Under the pieces are notes generated by a model. That model saw only the letters and a program-made list of their open reading frames with translations. It did no database searches and was not told the DNA's origin. A DNA stretch of 60,207 nt, the filler included, from Diploschistes diacapsis (lineage: Eukaryota), in NCBI GenBank assembly GCA_023645945.1. It is 8 parts of 8 records of this genome, joined end to end, with 100 filler letters (N's around TTAATTAATTAA, not from the genome) between each part and the next. Parts side by side here need not be neighbours in the genome. Positions count along the whole stretch, not along the records: positions 1 to 7,470 come from JALAIB010001283.1; positions 7,571 to 15,035 come from JALAIB010001284.1; 6 more parts are not named here. One strand, given 5' to 3'. Positions 1 through 11,470 of the stretch are shown in pieces (position 1 is the first letter of the stretch; every line of letters begins with the position of its first letter). The position numbers were made by a program, and so were the translations under genes.

Positions 1-48
1 GAGATATGGTGGCGATGGGGACGGGGAAAGGGGAGGAGGAGGCGCACA

Positions 49-593
49 CGAAGGGGTCGTTTACGGAGACGACGAAGATCTTGCCGGCCGAGGAGAGCTT
101 GGGGTGGGAGATGTAGCCTGGGATGTGAGAGTTCGAGCATGAGGGACCTGACGCGATGGTTAGCCCTAGCAGGAGCGATAGGCGGGCACAGAGGTTAGGG
201 CGGGGCCTTCTGGGAACACTTGGGACGATTGATATGGAATGTAAACCATAGTTCTTTTGCTTTGCTTCTATCGTGGTATCTATGCTTTGCTCGAAGGATA
301 CATCTGCACGTCGGACCACATCGTCCCAAAAAGTAACAATCATCTTAAGAGACAGGATGGCACCTACTAAATGCCGCCGGCACGCCGATAATAAGAGCCT
401 TCCCCGTGCCAACTTCCTCCGCTAGATTGACCTTGTTCGCCGGCGAGCTCTCCATCAGCACCTCAGCCAGCTGGGGAAGCCTGTCGCCAACTTTTACGAA
501 TGCAGGCCGGCTGCTGTGGAAAGAGCGGACAGCCACCGGCGAGAGCCTCGTGTTGCGGACGGAGGATAAGGAGAGGGAGCGAGGTAGAGACAT
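49..593 (-). CDS. PRX5/AhpC-TSA-type peroxiredoxin with mitochondrial-type presequence; 3' part runs off the window
   Basis: ATG 593; exon 593-368, intron 367-148, exon 147-49. Spliced protein reads VKVGD..IIGVPAAFSPSCSNSHIPGY..FVVSVNDPFV, the peroxidatic-Cys signature of the PRX5 subfamily. Confidence 0.9.
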
Positions 594-1302
594 TGTGAGC
601 AACAAGGTATACCAAAGAGTGGATCTTTTCGTTAAGGGGATGCAGCGGTGTGCAGTGTAATGACGAGAAGTTCTTCCTTTAGGTTCTACGTCATTGGCTG
701 GCGAGGCTGGCCATACCAGGAGTGCTCCGTGTGTCCGTGTGTGCTTAGGCTTCACAGGTTTCTATCAGGATGCGGTATCAATTGTATGTGACTCAACGCT
801 GAGATTCAGTATCCAATTAAGCATTCGGGGGCTCTGACAGCTGAGGCATCGGAATAAGCGGAATGCATGTACTGATCTGGAGACCTTCTTATTTTTGCGC
901 TTTGTTTAATCGCGCTGGTCTGCAGGTCAACTTCGTGTTAAGCTAGAGGAAAAGGCTTGTTATTGCATGGTCTTTCAGAACATCGATACAGCGACCCATG
1001 AACTGGCCTTGAAGCTTCATAAGAACCTCTGAATCCCTCTTTGATATTGTCAAGTGTTAGCCTGATTTTTCTTTTCATTCGCTGGTGAGTAAGCCGCCAG
1101 CAGCAAAAGCTTGGAGTTTCTCTCCACACACCACTTCGTGCCGGAGACGCTAAACAAAACCGAGATAACCAACTTCTACGTCGCCGTCTCGACCGTCTTT
1201 CCTCTTCAATAACAAAGCAAACATCCTCTCCATTCTATCATCTTTTTCCTCTGATCTGTAGAGGCTCTTTTGCTCCCAATCTGAGATTGGTCTACAAGCA
1301 AG

Positions 1303-4101
1303 ATGATCTCTACACGGTCAATTGCCCGCATGGGCAGACTGGTAAGCTCATCATCTCACTCGTTCCCATGCTTCCATCCAAGAAGCTTGTGGCACTCTGC
1401 TCCCTTCCAGAATCATGCTGACAGGCTGCGATGGTAGACGCCGGCGTTTCGGACGGTACGTGGCCCCTTGACAAGGTCCTCAGCCTTTTGCACTGGCACT
1501 GGTCGACATGGGCATCATAACCTAACGTACCCAATACAGACGCAGCGGACCCGGATGCTTGCGACAGCTACAGATGCCCCCTTAGACAGAAAGGTCGAGA
1601 TGACCAACTGGGAGAAGGTGGGTTCCGAACGATGGCGCTTTCAGGTCTCGTTGAAGCAAGCTAACTCTTTGGATTAGGGCCACTACATCAACTACAAGTA
1701 TGTCAACCCAGACGCAAAAGCTATGCTTGGCTTGCATCCTTCTGCAATTGCCTTACTCCTTGCGAGTAAGCTCGCTGATAGCGAGCAGGAAAATGTCCGA
1801 GAACCTATCCGTCGTGCGCTCGCGCCTTAAACGCCCCCTCACGTACGCCGAGAAGATTCTCTACTCCCATCTCGACGACCCTCATGGACAAGACATCGAG
1901 AGAGGCAAATCATATCTCAAATTGCGACCAGACCGCGTGGCATGCCAAGACGCTACTGCTCAGATGGCCATTCTCCAATTCATGTCCGCTGGCATGCCCT
2001 CGGTAGCGACTCCCACAACCGTGCACTGCGATCATCTGATTGAAGCGCAAATTGGAGGAGAGAAGGATCTTGCTCGCGCACAGGAAATCAACAAGGAGGT
2101 CTATGATTTCTTGTCCACTTCTTGCGCCAAGTACAACATCGGCTTCTGGAGGCCTGGTTCTGGTATCATCCATCAGATCGTCCTCGAAAACTATGCCTTC
2201 CCTGGTGGCTTGATGATCGGTACCGACTCTCACACGCCAAACGCTGGTGGTCTTGGCATGTGCGCGATCGGTGTCGGTGGCGCGGACGCTGTCGATGTCA
2301 TGGCGAATCTTCCCTGGGAATTGAAGGCTCCCAAGATTATCGGTGTCCGGCTTACTGGTGAAATGTCTGGCTGGACCGCACCAAAGGACGTCATTCTCAA
2401 GGTTGCCGGAATCTTGACCGTCAAGGGAGGTACGGGCGCGATCGTCGAGTATCACGGGCCCGGTGTCAAGGCGCTTTCTTCGACCGGTATGGGTACCATC
2501 TGTAACATGGGTGCCGAGATTGGTGCTACCACCTCTCTCTTCCCGTTCAACGATCGTATGTACGACTACCTAGATGCCACCAAGCGCAAGGATATCGGAG
2601 ACTTTGCACGCACCTATGCCAACGAGCTCCGTGAGGACGAGGGCGCCGAGTATGATGAGCTGATCGAGATTAACCTCTCCGAACTTGAGCCTCACATCAA
2701 CGGACCCTTTACTCCTGATCTGGCAACTCCTATTTCAAAGTTCAAAGACGCCGTTTCAACGAACAAATGGCCCGAGGAACTCAAGGTCGGTCTCATCGGC
2801 TCCTGCACCAATTCGTCCTACGAAGATATGTCGCGAGCGGCCTCGATCGCCCAGGACGCACTGGATCATGGTATCAAGACGAAGTCGATGTTCACGGTAA
2901 CACCAGGATCGGAGCAAATCCGAGCTACCATTGAGCGCGATGGTCAACTGAAGACGCTAGAGGAATTTGGAGGTATGGTTCTCGCAAACGCTTGTGGCCC
3001 CTGCATCGGTCAGTGGGATCGTAGGGATGTCAAAAAGGGCGAAGCCAATTCCATCATTTCCTCCTACAACCGCAACTTCACCGGCCGCAATGATGCCAAC
3101 CCGGCTACCCACTCCTTCGTCGCCTCTCCGGACCTTGTCGTTGCCATGTCCATTGCAGGCACTCTAAACTTCAACCCTCTGACCGACACTCTCAAAGACA
3201 AGGATGGAAAGGAGTTCAAGCTCTCTCCTCCTGCCGGGGATGGTCTGCCATCCCGCGGATACGACCCTGGCCGTGACACCTACCAAGCTCCTCCAGAGGA
3301 CCGCGCATCCGTCTCCGTAGCTGTTTCGCCGTCGAGCGACAGATTGCAAATCCTCCAGCCCTTCAAGGCTTGGGATGGCAAAGACGCTACTGACCTGCCC
3401 ATCTTGATCAAGGCAAAGGGCAAGACGACTACCGACCATATTTCAAGTAAGTACCGTAACATGTTCATATTCAGAATTATGCTAAATTAACTGCCAAGTG
3501 GCTGGCCCTTGGCTCAAGTACCGTGGTCACCTTGATAACATCTCGAACAACATGTTGATCGGTGCTATCAACGCGGCCAACGGCGAAGCCAACAAGGTCA
3601 AGAACTACACCACTGGAGAATTCGACGCTGTCCCGGCTACTGCTCGCGACTACAAAAAGAAGGGTATCCGATGGGTGGTCGTTGGCGACTGGAACTATGG
3701 TGAAGGTAGCTCGCGAGAGCACGCAGCCCTCGAGCCTCGACATCTTGGAGGTCTCGCCATCATTACTCGAAGCTTTGCCCGTATTGTAAGCTTTCACCTC
3801 CTCCACCTTGTCCGTTTTATTGGGTCACTTACTTTCTATGTAGCATGAGACCAACCTCAAGAAGCAAGGAATGCTTCCATTGACCTTCAGCAACCCAGAG
3901 GACTACGACAAGATCAACCCTGACGATAAGGTGGACCTTATGTGCACCGAACTTGCTGTCGGCAAGCCAATCACCCTAAAGGTTCACCCGAAGAACGGCT
4001 CTACATGGGAAACCGAGCTCTCGCACACCTTCAACGAGGGCCAATTAGAGTGGTTCAAGAACGGCAGTGCTCTCAACACGATGGCCAAGAGCCATTCATA
4101 G
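1303..4101 (+). CDS. ACO1: Mitochondrial aconitate hydratase
   Basis: Exons approx. 1303-1342, 1438-1455, 1540-1617, 1678-1697, 1789-3445, ~3499-3786, 3844-4101. Motifs [64 protein letters not shown]. Confidence 0.97.
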
Positions 4102-4633
4102 GATGTCTGTTTATAGTCCGTAGGGAAAGATTGTCCGTAATTGCACGTTTCTGCCACCTAGAGAAGCCATGATGGTGAGGTTCTGGACATGGACATGGGT
4201 GATGTGGTACAGAGTCGGTTTATGACAGAATTTGGAGCGCATGCATGAACGCAGAGAGCGCTGTTTTGGCCTGTACTCGATAGTGTTTTACAAATGAAGC
4301 GAATTTTTAGTCACTTGGGAGTTTATGACTTGCACGGCTGGTCCTGTTGTAAGTACCTCTTAAATCAGCGCTAGTATTATCGCTTGTGCTATTGGCTAGA
4401 TCCTTCGGAAGTAATTGCAGCTCCTTTCTATAGTGTGGCCCCATGGCATCATCTCGACTTCACTTCATCTTCTGAATTTTTATTGCAGTCTCTTTTCCAA
4501 CCGCTTACTGTCGCTACAGGTCGAGTCAGGTAGACGTTGCTCAGCTTAGCTTTTATCTCATAAGTTGCTGTAGGCCCTTTTCATACTTTGCAATCAGCAA
4601 AATCAAAGTCTTTGTCTCGAGCATTTAGCGTTT

Positions 4634-6206
4634 ATGCTAGCAACCAGGGCTTTAAAACCACTCTTGAAGAGAACAACGATCGCGAAAATGAGCTATAGTT
4701 CCTATACCACAGACAAGGCGTCGCCCTTCACACGCGCCGTTGTCAGTGCTATGCGTAAGCTTTACCCCGAGGAGCTGGCCGACAAGAGCTTCGACAACAC
4801 TGGCCTGCTGCTCGAGGCCCCGTTCGACCCTATCAGACGTCAAATGAACTCTGTCCTCCTCACCATAGATCTTACAAAGGCCGTAGCAGATGAAGCCATC
4901 GATCGAAAGGACTGTGTTGTCGTAGCCTACCATCCCATAATATTCAAGGGCCTCAAGTCCCTCACTTTGGCGGATACGCAGCAGCAGTCGTTGCTTAGAC
5001 TTGCCTTGGAAGGAATAAGCGTGCGGTCCCTACCCAGCCCATTCAATTATCTTGCTCATTCAAGGCTTAGGTCTATTGTCCACATACAGCAGTCGACGCC
5101 GCACCGCGCGGGCTGGGCGACTGGCTTGCCGACATCGTAACTGGAACGCTCTCCGAGCCAGAGCCTGAAACGCATACGGCAGGCACAGATGGCATTGTCA
5201 CCGTTGATCCGGCCCAAGATCGGACAAACGCTGAGTCTGCGAAGGCATCGGATGATAGCAAGGACTCATTGAATATGAACCAACACCCCGACGCCAAAGG
5301 CCCCAGCGAGAATCTCCGCCCACCCCTCCCTCCCCGACCCTTCCTTCAACGCCAGTATTCCAGGCCCACGTATCCCCGCCACAACAAGATGGAAGACACA
5401 GATCTTGTCCCGTAGGCGTTTCCCATCTCTCCCTTAGCTAGTATATCCCTGTATACCTATCTCTTCGCTTCTTTGTCAACCCTTCCACCCCGTGTCGACT
5501 TCTTGCTCACTCCCGTGCCCATAGATCAAAAGCAAACCACACCCGCCGCACTCTTCATCCCTCAGCCTGGTCCTCTGCCCCTCCGGGCTCTGGTATGGGG
5601 CGGCTAGTGACCTTCACCGACCCGCAACCCCTCACGCACCTAATCGAGCGTATCGCCCGTGGCGTCGGCACCCCCAAAGGCTTCCCCGTCGCCATTCCCC
5701 AGTCACGTTCGGTCGAGGATATCACAATCCGCAGCGTTGCTATCTGCGCTGGCAGCGGCGCCTCGGTCCTTCACGACATCGATGCAGACCTGTACTTCAC
5801 CGGCGAATTAAGCCACCACGACGCACTTGCTGCCACAGAGAAAGGTCGTTGTGTAGTGACGCTTTTCCATAGCAACAGCGAGCGAGGATTTCTGCACGGA
5901 GTACTGAGGGGAAGGCTAACGGCGGCTTTGAAAGAGGAGTGGGAGAAGGTTAGGGCGGACGAGGAGCGTAAGGTGAGGAAGATCGAAGAAGAGGGCGGAG
6001 AGAGCGGGGATGATGGCGCGGTGATGGATGGGTGGGAAGAAGCGTTGCAGGATGATACGGTGGAGGTGGAGGTTAGTGAGAGGGACAGGGATCCGTTCGG
6101 AATTGTGATTCTGCAATCGAGCGAGGTTGAAGGGGTAAATATCGAGGGGGAGGGCAGTGGAAGTGGAAAGGGGGATGGAGGAGATGGGAGTGTCGATGAA
6201 AAATAG
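4634..6206 (+). CDS. NIF3: NIF3/YbgI-family metal-binding protein
   Basis: YPEELADKSFDNTGLL, AYHPIIF, VYCPHTAVDAA (after intron 5021-5070), GMGRLV, VAICAGSG, TGELSHH, HSNSERGFL; second intron approx. 5412-5524. Start could be 4634 or 4688. Confidence 0.92.
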
Positions 6207-7470
6207 ATGGAAGGTGCGCGGTATAGGGGCTCAAGAAGTTGACTGGGTAACTAGGCCACGAAGCATCCCCTCCCCCCTTTCTCCTCATCGACCTGTGATG
6301 GAAAAGGCAAACAAGCTGACATGTGAATCACAAGATCCTACAAATGCAAGCTACTACATGGGGTGGGACCAAGCCAATAGGAAGAGGCATAGAGGATCTC
6401 AAGCAACAGTATATATTATCGAATACCACCAGTGTTCTCGCCGACAATCGCCACGGCCGACTGGGCAGGCTGCCCATACCGAAGACAAATCACCATGCCG
6501 TAAGACCCTTTCGCTACACGCCAGTTCAATTCCAGCAACCACCACAATCTCGAATTAATCCTGCCAAGACCTACGGGTCTAGAGCAGGAAAGACCTACTA
6601 AGTTGGCCTGCGGTCAGGTTGCAACACATCGGAGGGGCCCGACATTCGCCTGTGAGCGGGAGGTGGTACTCCAGGGCCTCGGCGTATCGGGGCGTACGTT
6701 CGGCACCATCTGCGGACAAAACATTTATTTCCATCCAAGATGGGCTTGTCTAAGTTTACTCGATAGCCACTACTGAGGTTCGCCTTGGGGCTGTCAGCTT
6801 TTTAACTTTTTGATATGACCTTTGTTTGGGCTGATGTGTTGATGATGATAATGATAGTGATGATTAGTAACTTGTCATCTGTTCCTTTTGGCATCTAGCA
6901 GTTCTGGTGATACGTATATAATCGGGTTGTCTAAGGCAGCGTTCACATAGATGCGATCTACTTGATGCCTTTTGGCAATGGTGATGGTCAATCGCTGCTG
7001 CCTGTTGCCTATACCATTGCGATACTTCGATGATGAGACATGTCGTCGTTCTGCTCGAGGCACTGTATTATCGAGATGAGACTTATTTTTATCGTCGTTG
7101 GCCGCCACTGCCTATACCAACATCAACTCGGGGCACTCTAATGGCACGCATGTCGTGTCTCGCTCAAGAGATTGCATCGCCAAAGAGCAGACAGAGATAT
7201 CACTTCTTGGCCATTGTTCATGTGCGCAGTCGTCGCTGCTCATCATGCCATTCATTATCGATTTAGATACTTCCGGTAGCATGCACCTCATCATTTCCCC
7301 ACTCAAGCCACACAGGCAACATCACACCGATCAAACAGCGCCTCCACGAAACACCGATCAACTCTCTCCTCGAAACCTCTCATCGCCGTCCCAACGACAC
7401 CCCTCCCAAGCACCCTAACTAAGCAGCACCCTAACCTCCCCCCTCGTCCTCGGAAACACCTCTCTCAACC

Positions 7471-7570
7471 NNNNNNNNNNNNNNNNNNNNNNNNNNNNNN
7501 NNNNNNNNNNNNNNTTAATTAATTAANNNNNNNNNNNNNNNNNNNNNNNNNNNNNNNNNNNNNNNNNNNN
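7471..7570. other. Artificial contig linker (N44-TTAATTAATTAA-N44); same linker at 15036-15135, 22599-22698, 30158-30257, 37691-37790, 45212-45311, 52718-52817
   Basis: Seven 100-nt spacers, each with a central 12-mer that gives stops in all six frames. Confidence 0.98.
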
Positions 7571-9659
7571 GGATTCTCTTCCCTTTTAGCCTTCTATTGC
7601 GCTGAAAGGGGGGCAGGAGGGGAGAAACGCTCGCCGGCTACGGCTACGTGGTGTGCGCTGGAGAAATGTCCCATGGGGAAGATGGAAGTTCGTTCGTTGC
7701 GATTTGGGGAGGGGCCCTGTGTGCCGGCGCCAAGCTGGTTGCTGGAAAGTGGGAAGGAGGGGATTTTATATTGGGTTGAGTGGATGACGACTGACTGCGT
7801 GGCCAGCTGGGGCAAGATGTAACGGCGGGTAGGATGTAACTCAGCAGGACGTTACGTATGACAAGTCGCGCCCCGCGCCGCGCCGCGCCGCGCCAGGCGC
7901 TGAGCTGCTGCTTCCCGAAGTTTCTGCCCGAGCCGGTATTTCATCTAGTTCTCTGCTGCTTTGCTTCTGCTTGCTCGGAGAGCTCTCCCGCCGTTTGTCC
8001 CCCTTGCTGTCGTCGTCATCGTTGGTCGTTATCGCCCATGGCCACCGTCGCCTCTATCTCCGAACCTTGTGTGTATGTATGTAATATGTACGTGCACGAC
8101 CGGAGGCCTCTTCCTCTCTTTTTCCGTGTCTTTCTCTCGTTCGAGTCTGTGTCTGTAGGGGTGTCTTTCGCCAGACTCAGTGCGCATCGGTTGATCGACA
8201 TCTGAGTTTTGGGATGCAAGGACCAGGAGAGCGGCGTCGACGCGGCTTCCAGCCCTGCTGGCCGGACGCAAGAAGGAGAGGGCGACAGGGGGGAGAGAGG
8301 CTTTGATCGAGCTACCCCATTTACCCCCCGTCTACCTGTTACCTACCTGCCTCCGGAGATTCTAACCTCCCCGCCAACCTGGGGGCAGCATCCACATGGC
8401 TTCGTGTGTCAAGTTTTTAAGCCAAGGAAACTCTCGCCACACTCGGTCGCCTACCCGTCAAGCTGGACATCGACACCCCGGCGCCTCTTTCTAGCATCTT
8501 ACGCTCTGTACCACGTTCTTTGACCCTTTCAAGTCCTGGGATATCTCCTCCTTTTTCCTAGTTCTGCGTATTACTCAGGGTCTGTGGATCACGACAACGC
8601 CCACGTGTCCGCCCGTCCGACTTTCTACTATATCCCTTAGGCGTTGGCCTGTATTCATATGCTCTTCCTCTCCCTCTTCCTTCTCCTTACCGTTCTTTTT
8701 CCTTTCCCTTCTGCTCCTCTTCTTGCCATTCTCCACTGCTCTTCTCCTCTAATGGTCTTCCTTGCCCTCGTCAGCCCCCCCAACAGTGATGGCAAGGCAT
8801 GTCTTCCTTCCGTCCCAGCTGCGAGGCACCTACATGCTTATTTCCCGAGCCTCTCTCTTCCGGCACCTATCCGCAACCGCACATATATCCATATTCGATG
8901 ATTACTCGCCTGCCCTCTTCCCTCTCTATATGATAAGACTTAGGAAAAGATGGGAGATATGAAAGAGAATGATAGCAAGAGGAGAGGATGGTAGCGGTAA
9001 GGAACGCATGAAAAAAAAAAAGTATGGTAACGGCACATAGAAAGACGCGAGACGCTAGATAACGTAGAAGATAAATGTTGCATGTAGGTGATAATGATGG
9101 TAGTAGATGTGGTAGAGGGATAATGGACGGGAAATGGGTAGTAGACGTGGAAAAGGATATTAGACGAAAACAGGAGAGGTGACCTGGTGAAGAACGATGA
9201 ACACCAAAGAGACTAATGGCCCGGAAGTCTCGAGAGCCGTGTTCTTCGCAGGAAGAGGAGAAGAGCTACCATGTAGATTAGCCTCCTTTGCCTCCCTTTC
9301 CTTCCCATTCTTACAGGAACGCCTCGGGCAAGAACACCATCCCCATACCGGACTCCAACACTTTACTTCCAGCATTCAGCTTCGCCATATCATCGCAAGC
9401 GCTCGATGCCAAGGAGGAAACACAGCAGCCAAAAAAAGCTTCATCAGATAGCTTCTGGGTAGTACTTCCATTTCATTCCATCCATCCTCAAACAGATCAA
9501 AATCATTCAGCTGCTCAAGCAAGAAGCAAACAAACAAGCAAGTAAACAAGCTGAACCCCCGGTCAGCAAAACGCCCCAAAACCCCCGACCCATCATCCAT
9601 CATCCACTCCTCATCACCACGCCACACCACTCCTTCCCGTCACTTCCCCTAGCATCAAT

Positions 9660-10513
9660 CTACGCCTCCTTACTCTTCTTTTTCTGCTCTACCTTCAACA
9701 GCAGCGCACGGTTGATATGTGGCAAAACCCCTCCAAATGCAATCGTTGCGCGGATCAGCGTGTCGAGTTCCTCGTCGCCACGGATCGCGAGCTGCAGGTG
9801 GCGCGGCGTGATACGTTTCACTTTTAGGTCCTTGGCGGCGTTGCCGGCCAGCTCGAGGACTTCGGCGGTTAGGTACTCGAGTACGGCTGTTACGTAGACG
9901 GCGGCTATAGGAGCGGAGGAGAGAGCATTAGCTAGGGTCCTTTGTACAGAGTGGAGGAGAGTGATAGAGAAGGTATGTATTTTGGGGGGGCGTTGAGAGG
10001 AAGAGGGGATGTACGTGCGTACCTTTGGCGCCAACACGCATCTTGTTTTGCGTGTTGTTCTTGAGGAACCGCTTTACACGGCCGCAGGGAAACTGTAGTG
10101 CGACAACTCGTTAGCCACATAGCTCTCTTAGGAACTTGACTCATGCGTCCACATTAACCATCCCGCGCATTGTTGGCATGCGATAGCATTGTTACGGTCG
10201 TAGCGGAGAACAAGCTGAGGGTCGGAAAAGCGTGTTTTGTGAATGTCCATGGCCGCGTTACGTCCTGTAAACCTGCTCCTTGTACGACTATTGTTTCCGG
10301 TCATAGTGTCGTAATCTCCAGTCTAGGTTCAAATCGACGCGTCTCATGCCCACCACAGTTCGCACACCGCTCCTCGTCCCTTGCAAACACCACGAGTGGG
10401 AAATATAGCATTACCTGCAAGCCAGCCTTTGCGCTGTGAGATTTTTGACTCTTCCCAGCCGCCTCTTTGGGCCCTGCCTTGCCTCCTGTCGACTTTCCTT
10501 TTCCGCCTGGCAT
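9660..10513 (-). CDS. HTZ1: Histone H2A.Z
   Basis: Exons 10513-10415, 10092-10023, 9904-9660: [96 protein letters not shown]. Confidence 0.97.
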
Positions 10514-11470
10514 CTTTGCTTAATGAATTGTTGAGGATAAGCCCGAGTGTAGTGTGTATGTGAGTTGAAGATCAAGAATCGGGAGTGTGCGATGGAGTTG
10601 TGTAGATGTGGCGTGAATAGAGCGAGTATCTGGATGTTGTCAAGATAGACAGTTGAAGACCTTTGCTCCCGAGTTAAAAACACAACAGATGGAAACTATG
10701 CTGCTAGTCCCTTTTGGGTTTAGTGCTGGTAAGTGAGCCGCGCCAAGCGTGGCCCAGAGTGGAAGTGCGGTGTGGCATGAGAACTTCTGAGGACAGGAAG
10801 AAGTCAAAAAAAAGGAAAGGTAAAACGGTAGAAAGGCTGGTATGATATCTGAAGAGAGAAAGAAAGATAGATATTAATGTCCTGCAGTTTTCGACAAGCT
10901 TGCAAAGCAAAATTGTACGCTGGAATGGGCATCTTCTCAGCGCTCGAGCAGTCGCTTCCTCTGCCTTCGCCCTTCGCAACCTACCTGAGCTTCATCAGTC
11001 TATGCCAGATATTTCAATGACAAAGCATGTTGTGTTTCTCATAGCTCCTCAGAATAAAACGTCCTTTGGAGTACACTGGAAAAATACGAGCTCAAGTATA
11101 GAAGAAGAACAACAGATTCAAGAAGTGCTTCATTCCAGCACTATCTACGAACCAAGTTAGCGCGCATGGACCATGATTCTTGGCACAACTCATGCCTAGG
11201 AGAGCATTCTATGGAAGTACCATTACCGTATGATGCTGATAAGTACCGCGACATGGAATATGCAGTAATACATTCGAATCAGTCACGAACAAATAATGAG
11301 ACAGTACATGGATGATAGATCATTTTGGATAATACTTTAAAATCCTCCCGTCATTATCCAATCATATGTAACCCATAATTATATACAGATAATCCATACA
11401 AAGTCGCATAATTGCATCCTGTCAGATATCTCTAAAAGGTCTTTAAATTTCTCCATCATGCCATCTCCAC

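Noticed and set aside
789..795. Further TGACTCA sites (789, 10137 in the H2A.Z intron, near 13422, near 47067)
   Set aside because: A 7-mer is expected several times by chance in 60 kb; no supporting context except upstream of THR4.
6600..6840. GC-rich and U-rich stretch as SRP, RNase P or MRP RNA
   Set aside because: None of the diagnostic conserved motifs could be found on either strand.
7412..7436. Two CACCCTAAC copies as a telomere remnant
   Set aside because: Not tandem CCCTAA; they lie within a generally C-rich tract at a contig end.
7515..7526. TTAATTAATTAA repeated every ~7.5 kb as a biological periodic element or array
   Set aside because: Always centred in a 100-nt N spacer; it is an assembly linker, and the periodicity comes from sorting contigs by size.
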